Source of the DNA: Candidatus Latescibacterota bacterium
GTDB taxonomy: Bacteria; Latescibacterota; UBA2968; GCA-2709665
NCBI GenBank assembly: GCA_965116875.1
Contig: OZ220733.1
Location: 4,608,001 to 4,672,000 of the forward strand
Length of the DNA stretch: 64,000 nt
Reading direction: 5' to 3'
Positions 41,024 through 50,404 of this stretch are shown here, in pieces (within the stretch, counting starts at the first letter, position 1; each line of letters begins with the position of its first letter). The notes beneath the pieces are model-generated. The model did not search any database. It saw only the letters and a program-made list of their open reading frames with translations, and was not told the origin of the DNA. The translations under genes were made by a program, and so were the position numbers.

Positions 41024-41054
41024 TGAGGGTGGAAGGTCCACGCGTTCATAAGTT

Positions 41055-41111
41055 AACGACCGGCGGAATCAGAGTGTAGATTGGCAAATGCGATCGATTC
41101 CGCCGGTTGTT
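41055..41111. terminator. Long hairpin between convergent genes
   Basis: aacgaccggcggaatc ... gattccgccggttgtt inverted repeat. Confidence 0.5.
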
Positions 41112-41154
41112 TATTGTTCGTGCGTATGGTTGGACGTGCCGCGACCCGAACCGA

Positions 41155-41940
41155 CTACCCGCCGGATTGAACCGCGCTGATTTCATCCTTTGAGATCTTG
41201 TGAACACTCATTGGATTGAATGTCTGGCGTGTGCCCGATCGGAGTGCGACCTCGATCCTTCCTCCGGTCAGGACGAAAAACTGCAGCAGAAAACCTCCGC
41301 CCTGCATCGGCTCGACCTGATATTCGACGGGATCCAATCCGCCGGTCCATTCCGGAAGACATGCCCTCAAGCGGGCATCGGCACATACGGATTGCGGCAG
41401 CGCCATGACCAGCGCTCCCGGCGATTCGTCCAGGGCCTCCCCGATGGTCTCTCGTATCCTCGCAAGATAGGGAATCACCTTCCCCGCGTACCCGAAGTCG
41501 TCTTCATCATCCCGTAACGGCGGCACGATACCCCAGGTCATGTGGTGTACGAATGGATTACCGTGACCCTGGGCAAGCATATGGTCCCGGGCAGCCTCGT
41601 CCACGGGATGGACGACTGCGACGTAGTCAAACCACCCCTTGCCTCGAGCAGGGCTGTCCTCGGGCAACCCGGAGGGTACATTTATGTAGTCGTGCCCGTC
41701 AACCGGAGACGGATAGCAACGGGTGTCCCAGCCGGCGATGTAACCAATGCGTTTCAATGGGCCGGAGAGGAGATGCGGGGGATCGACGAAAATGGCGGCA
41801 TGATCCGGATTCGGCAGCAGGGAAACGCCCGCGTCGGTGATTTTTCGTGCGACGTCGAGCGCCTCGCCGAGCCGTTCGGGTGCGTTGGGGACGTCGAGTT
41901 GTTCATTGAATTTGTCCGGCAGGATGACGTATTGGGGCAT
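41155..41940 (-). CDS. Hypothetical protein, divergent VOC/HPPD-like metalloenzyme
   Basis: aggag RBS; PDHAAI, GNPFVHHMTW, GFLLQFF and IEVALR motifs. Confidence 0.6.
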   Translation of the reverse strand: MPQYVILPDKFNEQLDVPNAPERLGEALDVARKITDAGVSLLPNPDHAAIFVDPPHLLSGPLKRIGYIAGWDTRCYPSPVDGHDYINVPSGLPEDSPARGKGWFDYVAVVHPVDEAARDHMLAQGHGNPFVHHMTWGIVPPLRDDEDDFGYAGKVIPYLARIRETIGEALDESPGALVMALPQSVCADARLRACLPEWTGGLDPVEYQVEPMQGGGFLLQFFVLTGGRIEVALRSGTRQTFNPMSVHKISKDEISAVQSGG

Positions 41941-42223
41941 CCTGGTCTCCTTCAAGGCAAGGACGATCGAGATCAATTGGAACTGTTGACGCGGTGAAGA
42001 GAGCGGCCGGCAGGCGCTGAAAGGAGAAACACCGACCGTACCGCGTATAATCGCGTGCGGTTTCCGCGGTGTCAAGGGGAATCCCGTTTGGGGTGATGAA
42101 GGGCGATCGGCACAGGTGTCTTTCCGCCGCGCTGAACCCAGGCAGGAGGAATTCCGCGCCGACGGGCTTTCCGGTCGCCGCCCCAAGGCAGGCACAACAG
42201 ACAAGCGTGAACGTTTTCATTTT

Positions 42224-42254
42224 CCCGGCTGCACCCCAGCCGGGGATTTTTTTG
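42224..42254 (+). terminator. Intrinsic terminator with no upstream + strand gene
   Basis: cccggctg-cacc-ccagccggg followed by a T7 run. Confidence 0.6.
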
Positions 42255-42337
42255 TCCCCAGCGAGGTTTCAACTCTAATCACCCTTACTGAAAATTGTAT
42301 TCAACCCGGGCATAGCAGATCGGGAGATTTTATAATT

Positions 42338-42395
42338 TAAAATATTGATAAAAAATAAGTTATGTCGTTATTTCACAATTGGCATACGGATTGCA
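42338..42395 (+). promoter_or_regulatory. Sigma54 (-24/-12) promoter with upstream IHF site
   Basis: TGGCATACGGATTGCA at 42380-42395 (GG-N10-GC); exact WATCAANNNNTTR on the minus strand at 42338-42350 in an AT-rich patch. Confidence 0.8.
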
Positions 42396-42437
42396 TCGGC
42401 CGGTACGACGTGTTGGCGCCTCTGGAAGGAGAGATTT

Positions 42438-45400
42438 GTGAAGCAGGTCCTCGTGTTTTTCCTTGTGTTCCTCGTGTTCCTCGTCACTGACCCGACAGGA
42501 CTGCGGGCACAGGCCGTCGTCACACCGGATACACTCCGCTTCGGTCCGGTACGAACAGGGACTTCCGTCCTGGATAGCGTCGCTGTCGCAAATGGAGGCC
42601 CGGGCAACCTGGTCGTGATTTCAGTCAGCATCGACGCGAACGCGTTCCATTTGACGGACAGTCTCACAACAGGCACAGCCATCGTTTTGCCGCCGGACCT
42701 GGCTACGAGCCTGGCGGTCCGATTTAAACCCGAGGACCTCGAAATCTATTCCGGAAATCTGTCCGTCGAAACCGGCAGTGGCGTACTGAAAATTCCGCTC
42801 GTTGGGGAAGGCGTTCGTGAAGTCGTCGTCATTCAGGAGATTCTCGCAGACCCGCCGACGGGCGAGCAGGGCGACGCCAACGGCGACGGGACCCGCCACC
42901 ACAGTCAGGACGAATTCGTGGAACTGCTCAATATCGGATTCAGGGCGGTCAGGCTGGACGGCTGGCAACTGAGCGACGCGGGGGCAACGCCCGGATCCAG
43001 GTTCACGTTTCCTGAAAACACAGAATTGAAACCCGGTCATCGACTGGTTCTCTTCGGCGGTGGTTCTCCCGCAGGTATTCCAGGGCTTGTGTTCGTGGAC
43101 GATGGAACAATCGGCGGGGGCCTGAGAAACGGGGGCGACACTGTCTATCTGATCAATCCATCTGCGACAGATACAGTGGCGACTGCGACTTACGAGGGAA
43201 AGACGGGGGACCGGAATCAATCGATCGTGCGCCACCCGCAAGGGCGGGGTCCCTTTCTGCTCCATAGCGAATTACCAGGTGACGGCGCCCTGTTTTCACC
43301 CGGTCGCGCCCCCGATGTGAAAGAACGTATCGAAGTCACACCCGGCGATACGACGGTGGATCTCGGGTCCACAATCCGTTTCGAGGCCCGGGTGGTAATC
43401 GACGAAGTGCTGGCGGATCCGGCGCCCGGTCCGGACGGCGACGCCAATCGGGACGGGATGAGGGACGGCAAGGCGGACGAGTTTGTTGAAATATGGAATG
43501 TCGACTCGAAGCCGGTAACGATCGGCGGATGGTGGCTGAGCGACGACGACGTCGGGTCGGGAGGGAGATTTCACTTTCCCGACGGTCTGACGCTTGCGCC
43601 GGGAATGCGCGCGGTCCTGTTTGGTGGCGGTAATCCACAAGGTTTCGCCGGACCTGTGTTTGTCGACGACGGCAGCATCGGCAATGGATTGACCAATAAG
43701 GGGGACCGTGTGTTGCTCGTCGATCCCGTCGCGGACGATACGGTTGCCGTGGCCGACTTTCGGGTAACAGGGGATCTGAACCGGTCCGTGGTGCGGTTCG
43801 CCGAGGGCGTTTACTCCCCGCATGCCGACTTGCCGGACGGCGGGACCATCTCGCCGGGTCGGCCGCACCCGAAGCCCCCGGCCCCCGTGAAAACCGCGAA
43901 AACCCCTCGGCCGGAGTTTCTGGACGCCCCGCCATCGTGGTGCCGGGTTGGCGCACTTTGTCGATTCACACCCAGCATTCGCAATCTGGATGGGGGATAC
44001 GTGCATCTGGAATCCCAGGTTCACGGCGTCGTGTGGGACCCTGCTACCGGCGAAATCTCATGGAGGCCTGAACAGGAAGGCCGCTTTCGCTTCTGGCAGA
44101 CTGCGGTGAGCGGCTCCGGGGAGAAGGCTGTAAGGCAATTTGACGTGTGGGTCGAACCGCGTCCGCGTATTGCAATTGTCGAGATTCTGGCGGACCCGCC
44201 TTCCGGCCTGAATGGAGACGCGAACGGCGACGGAACGCGAGAAAGCCAGTCCGACGAATTCGTCGAAATTCTGAACAATGGGCCCGACGCCGTCTGGATA
44301 TCGGACTGGCGGTTGAGCGACGATGATGTTTCGGCACGCAGGCAATTCAGGTTTCCCGGTTTCACCAGACTTCATCCCGGAGAACGCGCCGTTTTGTTCG
44401 GTGGCGGTCGGCCGAGAGGAATCGACGGCCAGGTATTCGTGGATGACGGCAGTATCGGTAACGGTTTGACCGACAAGTCCGATGTGATTCTGCTGATCGA
44501 TCCCGTTTTGAACGATACGCTCGCCAGGGCAGAATACACCATAGAGGGAGATATCGACCAGTCGCTGGTGTGGAACGGCGCCGATTGGGTCCCCCACGAG
44601 ACTCCTCCCGGACGAGGGATCTATTCTCCCGGGTTGCCCTCTGAGAAGGGTGCTGTCGTCGGGAAGGATGTGGGACCGGATGACGGGGAAAAGAGGGACG
44701 GAAGTCCCGCGGCGGCGGTTCCGGCGGGTGTGATCATCAGTGAAATCCTCGCGGATCCCGCCTCCGGGGCAGCCGGCGACACGAATGCCGACGGCGAACG
44801 ACATGGATTCCAGGACGAGTTTGTGGAACTCTGGAATCCCCGATCCGACACGGCCCGCCTCGACGGGTGCAGGCTGGGAGACGACGACACGCCGATGGAT
44901 CGTCTTTTTGAGTTTCCAGCCGGTACGATGATGCCTCCCGGCGGTTTCCTGGTCCTGTTCGGCGGCGGATCGACGTCAGCGTTTCCGGAAAGCGGACTTG
45001 TGGATGACGGTCGGATCGGCGACGGCCTCTCGAATTCGGGCGACACAGTTGTGTTTTTGTCGCCCGGCGGTGCGGACACGATCGACATCATCAGCTATGG
45101 CGCGGCGCCCGACGGCGTCTCGCTGGTCCGCCGCGAGGACGCCACGCTGCAACGGCATGATCAGTTGCCGTTCGCAGGCTTGACCTCGCCCGGCCGTGCT
45201 GCGCCGATGCTGGTTGCCATCCATATCGTTCCCGACACGCTGGTCATATATTCAGGATCCAGCCACGCCCTAACCGCAAACGGTATCTTCGATTCGGATA
45301 CCGTAACCGTTGTCACGGACTACCTGAAGTGGGGCGTCGAGGACTCTGCTGTCGCACGGCTCGAACCGGCAACGCGGTTACGCGGCGGCGCGCCGGGGGA

Positions 45401-46775
45401 GACGGTAGTGCATGCGAGACTCGGACACATCACCTCCAGAGCGCTCGTCCGGGTTCATCCCAGGATCGACGGCGGCGAGAATCCTCCATACAATCGTCCC
45501 CCCATATTCATCTCAAAACCTGATACGCTGGCCATACGAGGTCTAACTTATGTTTATACGCCGGCGGCTGTAGACCCCGAAGGGGACCCTGTGTCCATTT
45601 CGGTGCCGCGGCGGCCTGCGTGGCTGAATTGGACGGAAACAGATCTGAAGGGTATGCCGGAGCATGCCGGATCCTGGCCGGTCGTCATCACGGCCACGGA
45701 CCAGGGCGACACGACCGAACAGTCGTTCACCATAAACGTCGCAGTTCCCGGCCTTCAACCGGCAGGCCTCCGAGACAGCGTTGCCTACGTTGGCTTGACC
45801 TGGAGGATGTCATTGAATACCAGCGAAGGGTTTCAGACCCAGGTAGACGGAGGACCTGTTCTGGACGACACGGGCGAATCTCTCGTATGGCGCCCCCGGC
45901 GCGGAGACGAGGGCCCGCGTGTGATTCGGGTATCCATGAGCCGAAACGGCGCCGAAAGTCTTATCCTGACATTCCCGATTACGGTACGGCCTCGTCCGCT
46001 CGTCGCAGTCGACGAGATTCTGGCCGATCCAATAACAGACGTGAGTGGAGATGGAACGACAGACCGGTATGGAGATCAATTCATCGAATTGCTCAATACC
46101 GCCGGGTTCGCGGTGGATCTGTCGGGCTGGACGCTTGGCGACGACGACGGAACGCCGTTTATGTTCCCCGGGGGTTCGGTCCTGGAAGGTGGCGGGCGAT
46201 TCATCCTGTTCGGCAGGGGGACGCACGGGGGCGCAATCGGCAGTTTTTCAGCGGGAGGCCGGATCGGGGACGGGCTGGATGCCGAGGACAGGATCCTGCT
46301 GATCGTGGCGGCAGGCCCGGATACGCTGGTGGACGTGCGATACGCGAAGGGCGAGATTGGCGCGTCACTGGTGCCCGACCCGCACACGGCCGGTGAATGG
46401 CTACCGCACAACAGCGTTTCGAATCTGCCGTTTTCGCCTGGAAGGGCGACGCCTCTGGCGGACACCGCATTTTCCGACTCCATGGCATTCTCTGCAGATA
46501 ATCCGGATGCCTACCCGGAGCGCCCGTTTCCGAACCCGTTCAATGTACACACGACCATCGGGTTTCACAGCGCCGGCGATCCGGCGGACCTGACGGTCTA
46601 CAATGTTCTCGGGCAACCCGTCAGACGGTTTTCGATTGCGGCCGTCGCGGGTTACCATCATCTCGTGTGGGACGGACGCGACCACCTGGGGCGATCGGTT
46701 GGAACGGGCATATACCTGATTCGCCTGCGAAACGGACCGCGCGCCCGCACCATGCGCGTGGTTCTGATTAAATGA
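42438..46775 (+). CDS. Large secreted protein: signal peptide, ASH/Ig domain, five lamin-tail domains, Ig-like repeats, FlgD/T9SS-type C-terminal domain
   Basis: GTG after aaggag; five (I/V)xE(I/V)LADP..DxNxDG..DEFVE repeats; C-terminal FPNPFN...VYNVLGQ.VR...WDGRD..G...TGIYLIRL. Confidence 0.85.
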   Translation: MKQVLVFFLVFLVFLVTDPTGLRAQAVVTPDTLRFGPVRTGTSVLDSVAVANGGPGNLVVISVSIDANAFHLTDSLTTGTAIVLPPDLATSLAVRFKPEDLEIYSGNLSVETGSGVLKIPLVGEGVREVVVIQEILADPPTGEQGDANGDGTRHHSQDEFVELLNIGFRAVRLDGWQLSDAGATPGSRFTFPENTELKPGHRLVLFGGGSPAGIPGLVFVDDGTIGGGLRNGGDTVYLINPSATDTVATATYEGKTGDRNQSIVRHPQGRGPFLLHSELPGDGALFSPGRAPDVKERIEVTPGDTTVDLGSTIRFEARVVIDEVLADPAPGPDGDANRDGMRDGKADEFVEIWNVDSKPVTIGGWWLSDDDVGSGGRFHFPDGLTLAPGMRAVLFGGGNPQGFAGPVFVDDGSIGNGLTNKGDRVLLVDPVADDTVAVADFRVTGDLNRSVVRFAEGVYSPHADLPDGGTISPGRPHPKPPAPVKTAKTPRPEFLDAPPSWCRVGALCRFTPSIRNLDGGYVHLESQVHGVVWDPATGEISWRPEQEGRFRFWQTAVSGSGEKAVRQFDVWVEPRPRIAIVEILADPPSGLNGDANGDGTRESQSDEFVEILNNGPDAVWISDWRLSDDDVSARRQFRFPGFTRLHPGERAVLFGGGRPRGIDGQVFVDDGSIGNGLTDKSDVILLIDPVLNDTLARAEYTIEGDIDQSLVWNGADWVPHETPPGRGIYSPGLPSEKGAVVGKDVGPDDGEKRDGSPAAAVPAGVIISEILADPASGAAGDTNADGERHGFQDEFVELWNPRSDTARLDGCRLGDDDTPMDRLFEFPAGTMMPPGGFLVLFGGGSTSAFPESGLVDDGRIGDGLSNSGDTVVFLSPGGADTIDIISYGAAPDGVSLVRREDATLQRHDQLPFAGLTSPGRAAPMLVAIHIVPDTLVIYSGSSHALTANGIFDSDTVTVVTDYLKWGVEDSAVARLEPATRLRGGAPGETVVHARLGHITSRALVRVHPRIDGGENPPYNRPPIFISKPDTLAIRGLTYVYTPAAVDPEGDPVSISVPRRPAWLNWTETDLKGMPEHAGSWPVVITATDQGDTTEQSFTINVAVPGLQPAGLRDSVAYVGLTWRMSLNTSEGFQTQVDGGPVLDDTGESLVWRPRRGDEGPRVIRVSMSRNGAESLILTFPITVRPRPLVAVDEILADPITDVSGDGTTDRYGDQFIELLNTAGFAVDLSGWTLGDDDGTPFMFPGGSVLEGGGRFILFGRGTHGGAIGSFSAGGRIGDGLDAEDRILLIVAAGPDTLVDVRYAKGEIGASLVPDPHTAGEWLPHNSVSNLPFSPGRATPLADTAFSDSMAFSADNPDAYPERPFPNPFNVHTTIGFHSAGDPADLTVYNVLGQPVRRFSIAAVAGYHHLVWDGRDHLGRSVGTGIYLIRLRNGPRARTMRVVLIK

Positions 46776-46948
46776 CCCGCCAGTACGCCCGACCATGTCC
46801 GAACACGGATTGGTGCAGGCGTCGGCGTGCGGGACGCTCAAATGTGTGCAGGAGTCCATTCTCGCGGCAACAAAGGCTCATTGCCGTGCAACGTCGGTCG
46901 GATCGTTGCAGCGGGAACGGGAACAACCGAGGAAAGGAGGTGGAAACC

Positions 46949-47209
46949 ATGGCACAGCCAGAGATCACGTTCAGACACGGTTCATGCAGCGCTTCCGTAT
47001 TCGATAACGAATACAGTCGCGGCAAGGACAGCTTCAACGTCCGTACGGTTTCGTTCCAGAGAAGCTACCGGGACAAGCAGGGCGAGTGGCAACGTTCCAG
47101 CAGCCTGAGGGTGAACGACATTCCAAAGGCGATCCTGGTCCTGAACAAGGCGTATGAATACCTGACGTCCAACGGTCAAGCGGAAGTCGAGGAAGAAGCT
47201 GAAAGCTGA
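46949..47209 (+). CDS. Small hypothetical protein, putative single-stranded nucleic acid binder (86 aa)
   Basis: aaggaggtg RBS; RSYRDKQGEW motif, beta-strands then helix, acidic tail EVEEEAES. Confidence 0.75.
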   Translation: MAQPEITFRHGSCSASVFDNEYSRGKDSFNVRTVSFQRSYRDKQGEWQRSSSLRVNDIPKAILVLNKAYEYLTSNGQAEVEEEAES

Positions 47210-47232
47210 GCCGGATACCACGGTCGCATCCA

Positions 47233-47268
47233 GGAGGGACAACCGGTGTTCAACGGATGTCCCTCTTT
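47233..47268 (+). terminator. Intrinsic terminator
   Basis: gagggacaaccg ... cggatgtccctc stem followed by ttt. Confidence 0.55.
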
Positions 47269-47365
47269 CACGTTATTGCCGTTCTGCTGTTGTTTCGACA
47301 AGAGACTTTTCGTATCTTCATCGGAACGCGATTTCCGAGGATCCTTGTACGTCTGGAGTTCGTTC

Positions 47366-48286
47366 ATGGAAGAAGCGTCGATCGATGTCATCAAGTCTCT
47401 GCACCGGCTTACTGGCGAATTGCAGAATTTTCAGGAAATCGTCAAGCATATCAAGCCGCCTTCGGGTGAGATTCCGGCGTTGAAGGGAATCGACATTTAC
47501 GGTGAGACGATTCCGCTTGACGGCCTGATCGGCGGTGACCATATCATCTACGTGGATTTCAAAAAGCGGTACGATCTCGAAGCCCGGATACGAAAGGCGG
47601 AGGAAGAAGGACGTGGAACCGTAGCGGCGAATCTGAGGAGATGCCAGCGGATGGCCGGAGTCGCCCTCGTGGACGTATCCGGACATCAGATAACGGACGC
47701 GATGCTGGCAGGAATGCTGCACGAGGCTTTCTTGCTGGGCGCTATCTACGAGTTGGACCAGTTCGGTACAATCACCGAGAAACTGTTCGAGAATCTGAAT
47801 ACCCGGATCTACAATTCTTCCAGCGTGAGCAAGTTTCTGACGATGATTTATGGAGAGATCAGCGAGGACGACACCTTCAGATTTCTCTCTGCTGCCCATC
47901 CCATGCCGATCGTTTTCTCCAATTTGCAGAACCGAATAATGGATATCAGCGAGGAACTGTTTGTGAATTTTCCTCCTATCGGTACTTTGCCGTCACAGGA
48001 AGATATAGACAGGCAGGCGATTCAGAGTGTGCTTGGCTTCAAGAAAAAATATGAGATCAACGAGTGGACGTTGCGGGGCTCTGGCGACATTTTGCTGCTG
48101 TATACGGACGGGCTGGCAGACCATCGCCGGGGCGACGACGAATATTTCCCCGATCGGCTCGAGGACATTCTCCGCGGGGTCAAGGGGCTCTCGGCCCACG
48201 GAATATTCGAAGCCATCAAGGTGGACGTACTCGACTTCGGCCAACCTCATGACGATATCAGCCTGGTTGTAATAAAGAGAACATAG
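47366..48286 (+). CDS. Stand-alone PP2C/SpoIIE (RsbU-like) phosphatase
   Basis: IGGD, VDVSGH, LYTDGL and HDDISLVVIK motifs. Confidence 0.88.
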   Translation: MEEASIDVIKSLHRLTGELQNFQEIVKHIKPPSGEIPALKGIDIYGETIPLDGLIGGDHIIYVDFKKRYDLEARIRKAEEEGRGTVAANLRRCQRMAGVALVDVSGHQITDAMLAGMLHEAFLLGAIYELDQFGTITEKLFENLNTRIYNSSSVSKFLTMIYGEISEDDTFRFLSAAHPMPIVFSNLQNRIMDISEELFVNFPPIGTLPSQEDIDRQAIQSVLGFKKKYEINEWTLRGSGDILLLYTDGLADHRRGDDEYFPDRLEDILRGVKGLSAHGIFEAIKVDVLDFGQPHDDISLVVIKRT

Positions 48287-48363
48287 TAGTGTACGCGCCG
48301 GCCGTGGACCGTTGAAAAGCGGCCTGGACCCGACTCAGCTGTCATTTCGCAGGAGGCAAGATC

Positions 48364-49773
48364 ATGAAGATGTTCGTCAATTCCGGCTGGATGGACAAGG
48401 ACGAGAAAATCGACGTGCTGAACCCGTACGACGGCTCGGTAATCGATACGGTACCTCGCGCCGACAGCGGGGACGTACAGGCCGCTCTTGCAACCGCGGC
48501 CAGGGGCGCCGAAATCATGGCGGCGATGCCGGCCCATGAACGGTATCGTATTCTGCACCGCGCTGCTGAATTGATGGCGGACCGCCAGGAGGATTTCGGG
48601 CAGACCATTTCGGCCGAAGAGGGAAAGGTCATTTCCGAAGGGCGCGGGGAGGCCGCACGGTCCGTCGATACGATGACACTGTCGGCCGAAGAGGCAAAAC
48701 GACTCTACGGCGAGACCATCCCGCTGGATGGCGCGGCCGGTGCGGAGGGCAAGTTCGGATTTACCGTTCGAGTACCATGTGGCGTTGTCGTGGCCATAAC
48801 GCCCTTCAATTTTCCTCTGAATCTGGTCTGCCACAAGGTAGGACCTGCACTGGCTGCCGGAAATTCGGTTATCATTAAACCGGCCACCGACACCCCACTT
48901 TCCGCCATAAAGCTTGTGGATGTTCTTCTGGATGCAGGCGCGCCGGCCGAAGCCGTGCAGTGCATCACGGGGCCCGGAGGCGAAATCGGCGACCTGCTCT
49001 CGTCGGATTCCCGGGTCCGCAAGATCTCCTTCACAGGCAGCAGGGACGTGGGTGAACAGATTTGCAGGACAGCTGGACTGAAGAAAGTGACAATGGAGCT
49101 GGGGTCCAATTCCCCGTTAATCGTAATGCCCGACGCCGATCTGGACAAGGTGGCGGCCGCCACGACCGCGACCGGGTTTGCCAACGCCGGGCAGGTGTGC
49201 ATTTCGGCGCAGCGTGTCATGGTCAACAAGGACGTATACGAGGATTTCATTGACGTACTCAAGCCTCAGGTGGAGGCCATGAAAACCGGCAATCAGCTGG
49301 ATGAGTCGGTTGCCATGGGACCGATGATCCGTGAAAGAGATGCCGAGCGGGTTGGCGCCTGGATACGCGAGGCCAGGGACGGCGGTGCAAGGATAATCGT
49401 GGGCGGAGACCGGGACGGCACATTGCACGCGCCAACGGTGGTGGCGGACGTCGATCCCAAAATGCGGATCTCCTGCGACGAACTCTTTGGTCCGGCCGTC
49501 GGACTGACCCGATTTGAAACAATCGACGAGGCCATTTCCTCTGCCAACGACACCAATTACGGTTTGTCGGCCGCATTGTTCACGGAGAACCTGGACCACG
49601 CAATGCAGTTCGTAAACAGGGTTCAATCGGGGAATATCATGGTGAATTGGGGTCCTCAATGGCGGGCGGACCTGATGCCTTACGGCGGATTGAAAGACAG
49701 CGGGATGGGCAAGGAAGGACCAAAGTACGCGGTGGAGGAGATGACCGAGCTAAAGATGGTGGTATTTCACTAG
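48364..49773 (+). CDS. Aldehyde dehydrogenase
   Basis: ITPFNFP, FTGS, MELG, GQVCIS, ELFGP and YGG.K.SG.G.EG. Confidence 0.95.
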   Translation: MKMFVNSGWMDKDEKIDVLNPYDGSVIDTVPRADSGDVQAALATAARGAEIMAAMPAHERYRILHRAAELMADRQEDFGQTISAEEGKVISEGRGEAARSVDTMTLSAEEAKRLYGETIPLDGAAGAEGKFGFTVRVPCGVVVAITPFNFPLNLVCHKVGPALAAGNSVIIKPATDTPLSAIKLVDVLLDAGAPAEAVQCITGPGGEIGDLLSSDSRVRKISFTGSRDVGEQICRTAGLKKVTMELGSNSPLIVMPDADLDKVAAATTATGFANAGQVCISAQRVMVNKDVYEDFIDVLKPQVEAMKTGNQLDESVAMGPMIRERDAERVGAWIREARDGGARIIVGGDRDGTLHAPTVVADVDPKMRISCDELFGPAVGLTRFETIDEAISSANDTNYGLSAALFTENLDHAMQFVNRVQSGNIMVNWGPQWRADLMPYGGLKDSGMGKEGPKYAVEEMTELKMVVFH

Positions 49774-49943
49774 TGTCCTGCCCCGAGGAGCAGGTACGCC
49801 GGGCGCGAAGCGCAAGTCGACCGGACTGCCTCCGGACAGGCAAGGGTGAATGAAGCGCGAAGGCCCCGATACGCCCCTGTAAAGGACCGGTACCCGGTGG
49901 CTGCCCGTACACAAACGTCACGATCTGTTGATTTTGGTCAAAC

Positions 49944-49977
49944 AAAAAAGCGGAGTGGCGTCTCATGCGCTCCGCTT
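49944..49977 (-). terminator. Intrinsic terminator for the HU/IHF gene
   Basis: Minus strand aagcggagcg...cactccgc followed by T6. Confidence 0.7.
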
Positions 49978-50074
49978 GCGGCGTTCGGTGTGAGACTTCT
50001 GTTGCGTCCCCGTGTTTACAGATTCCCGTGGCGATCGAACCCGGGGTTGTAGGTTCAACCGGCCGGGGGTCCTG

Positions 50075-50404
50075 TCACCGGTGAAGTGGTTCGGATTCTG
50101 CCTGCGTCGTTGAGTCCAGCGGCTGGTGGAGTGCCTTCTTGATGAGAACGCCTGCTTTAAAATAGCTCTTTTTTCGTGCGGGCACATAGACGATTTCTCC
50201 GGTCCGGGGGTTCCGTGCGGCAGGCTTGGGCTTGGTGTCTTTTACGCCAAGTACGCCGAAGCCGCGAATCTCGATGCGGTCACCGGAAATGAGGCTCTCG
50301 CGCATAGCCTTGAAGAGCGTATCTACAACCTCGTAGGCGAGTTGCTTCTTAACGCCCAGGCGTTCTGAGATTTCGAGCGCCAGGTCCTTTTTGGTTGTGG
50401 TCAT
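50075..50404 (-). CDS. HU/IHF family DNA-binding protein (IHF-beta-like)
   Basis: TKKDL, IEIRGFG, ARNPRTGE and FKAG. Confidence 0.93.
   Translation of the reverse strand: MTTTKKDLALEISERLGVKKQLAYEVVDTLFKAMRESLISGDRIEIRGFGVLGVKDTKPKPAARNPRTGEIVYVPARKKSYFKAGVLIKKALHQPLDSTTQAESEPLHR

Noticed and set aside
42128-42165. SRP (4.5S) RNA
   Set aside because: Lacks the conserved CAGG-x-CCGGAAGG-AGCAG domain IV motif
49771-49915. IS630-like end tagtgtcctg at the ALDH stop
   Set aside because: No matching right end or second copy found in the window
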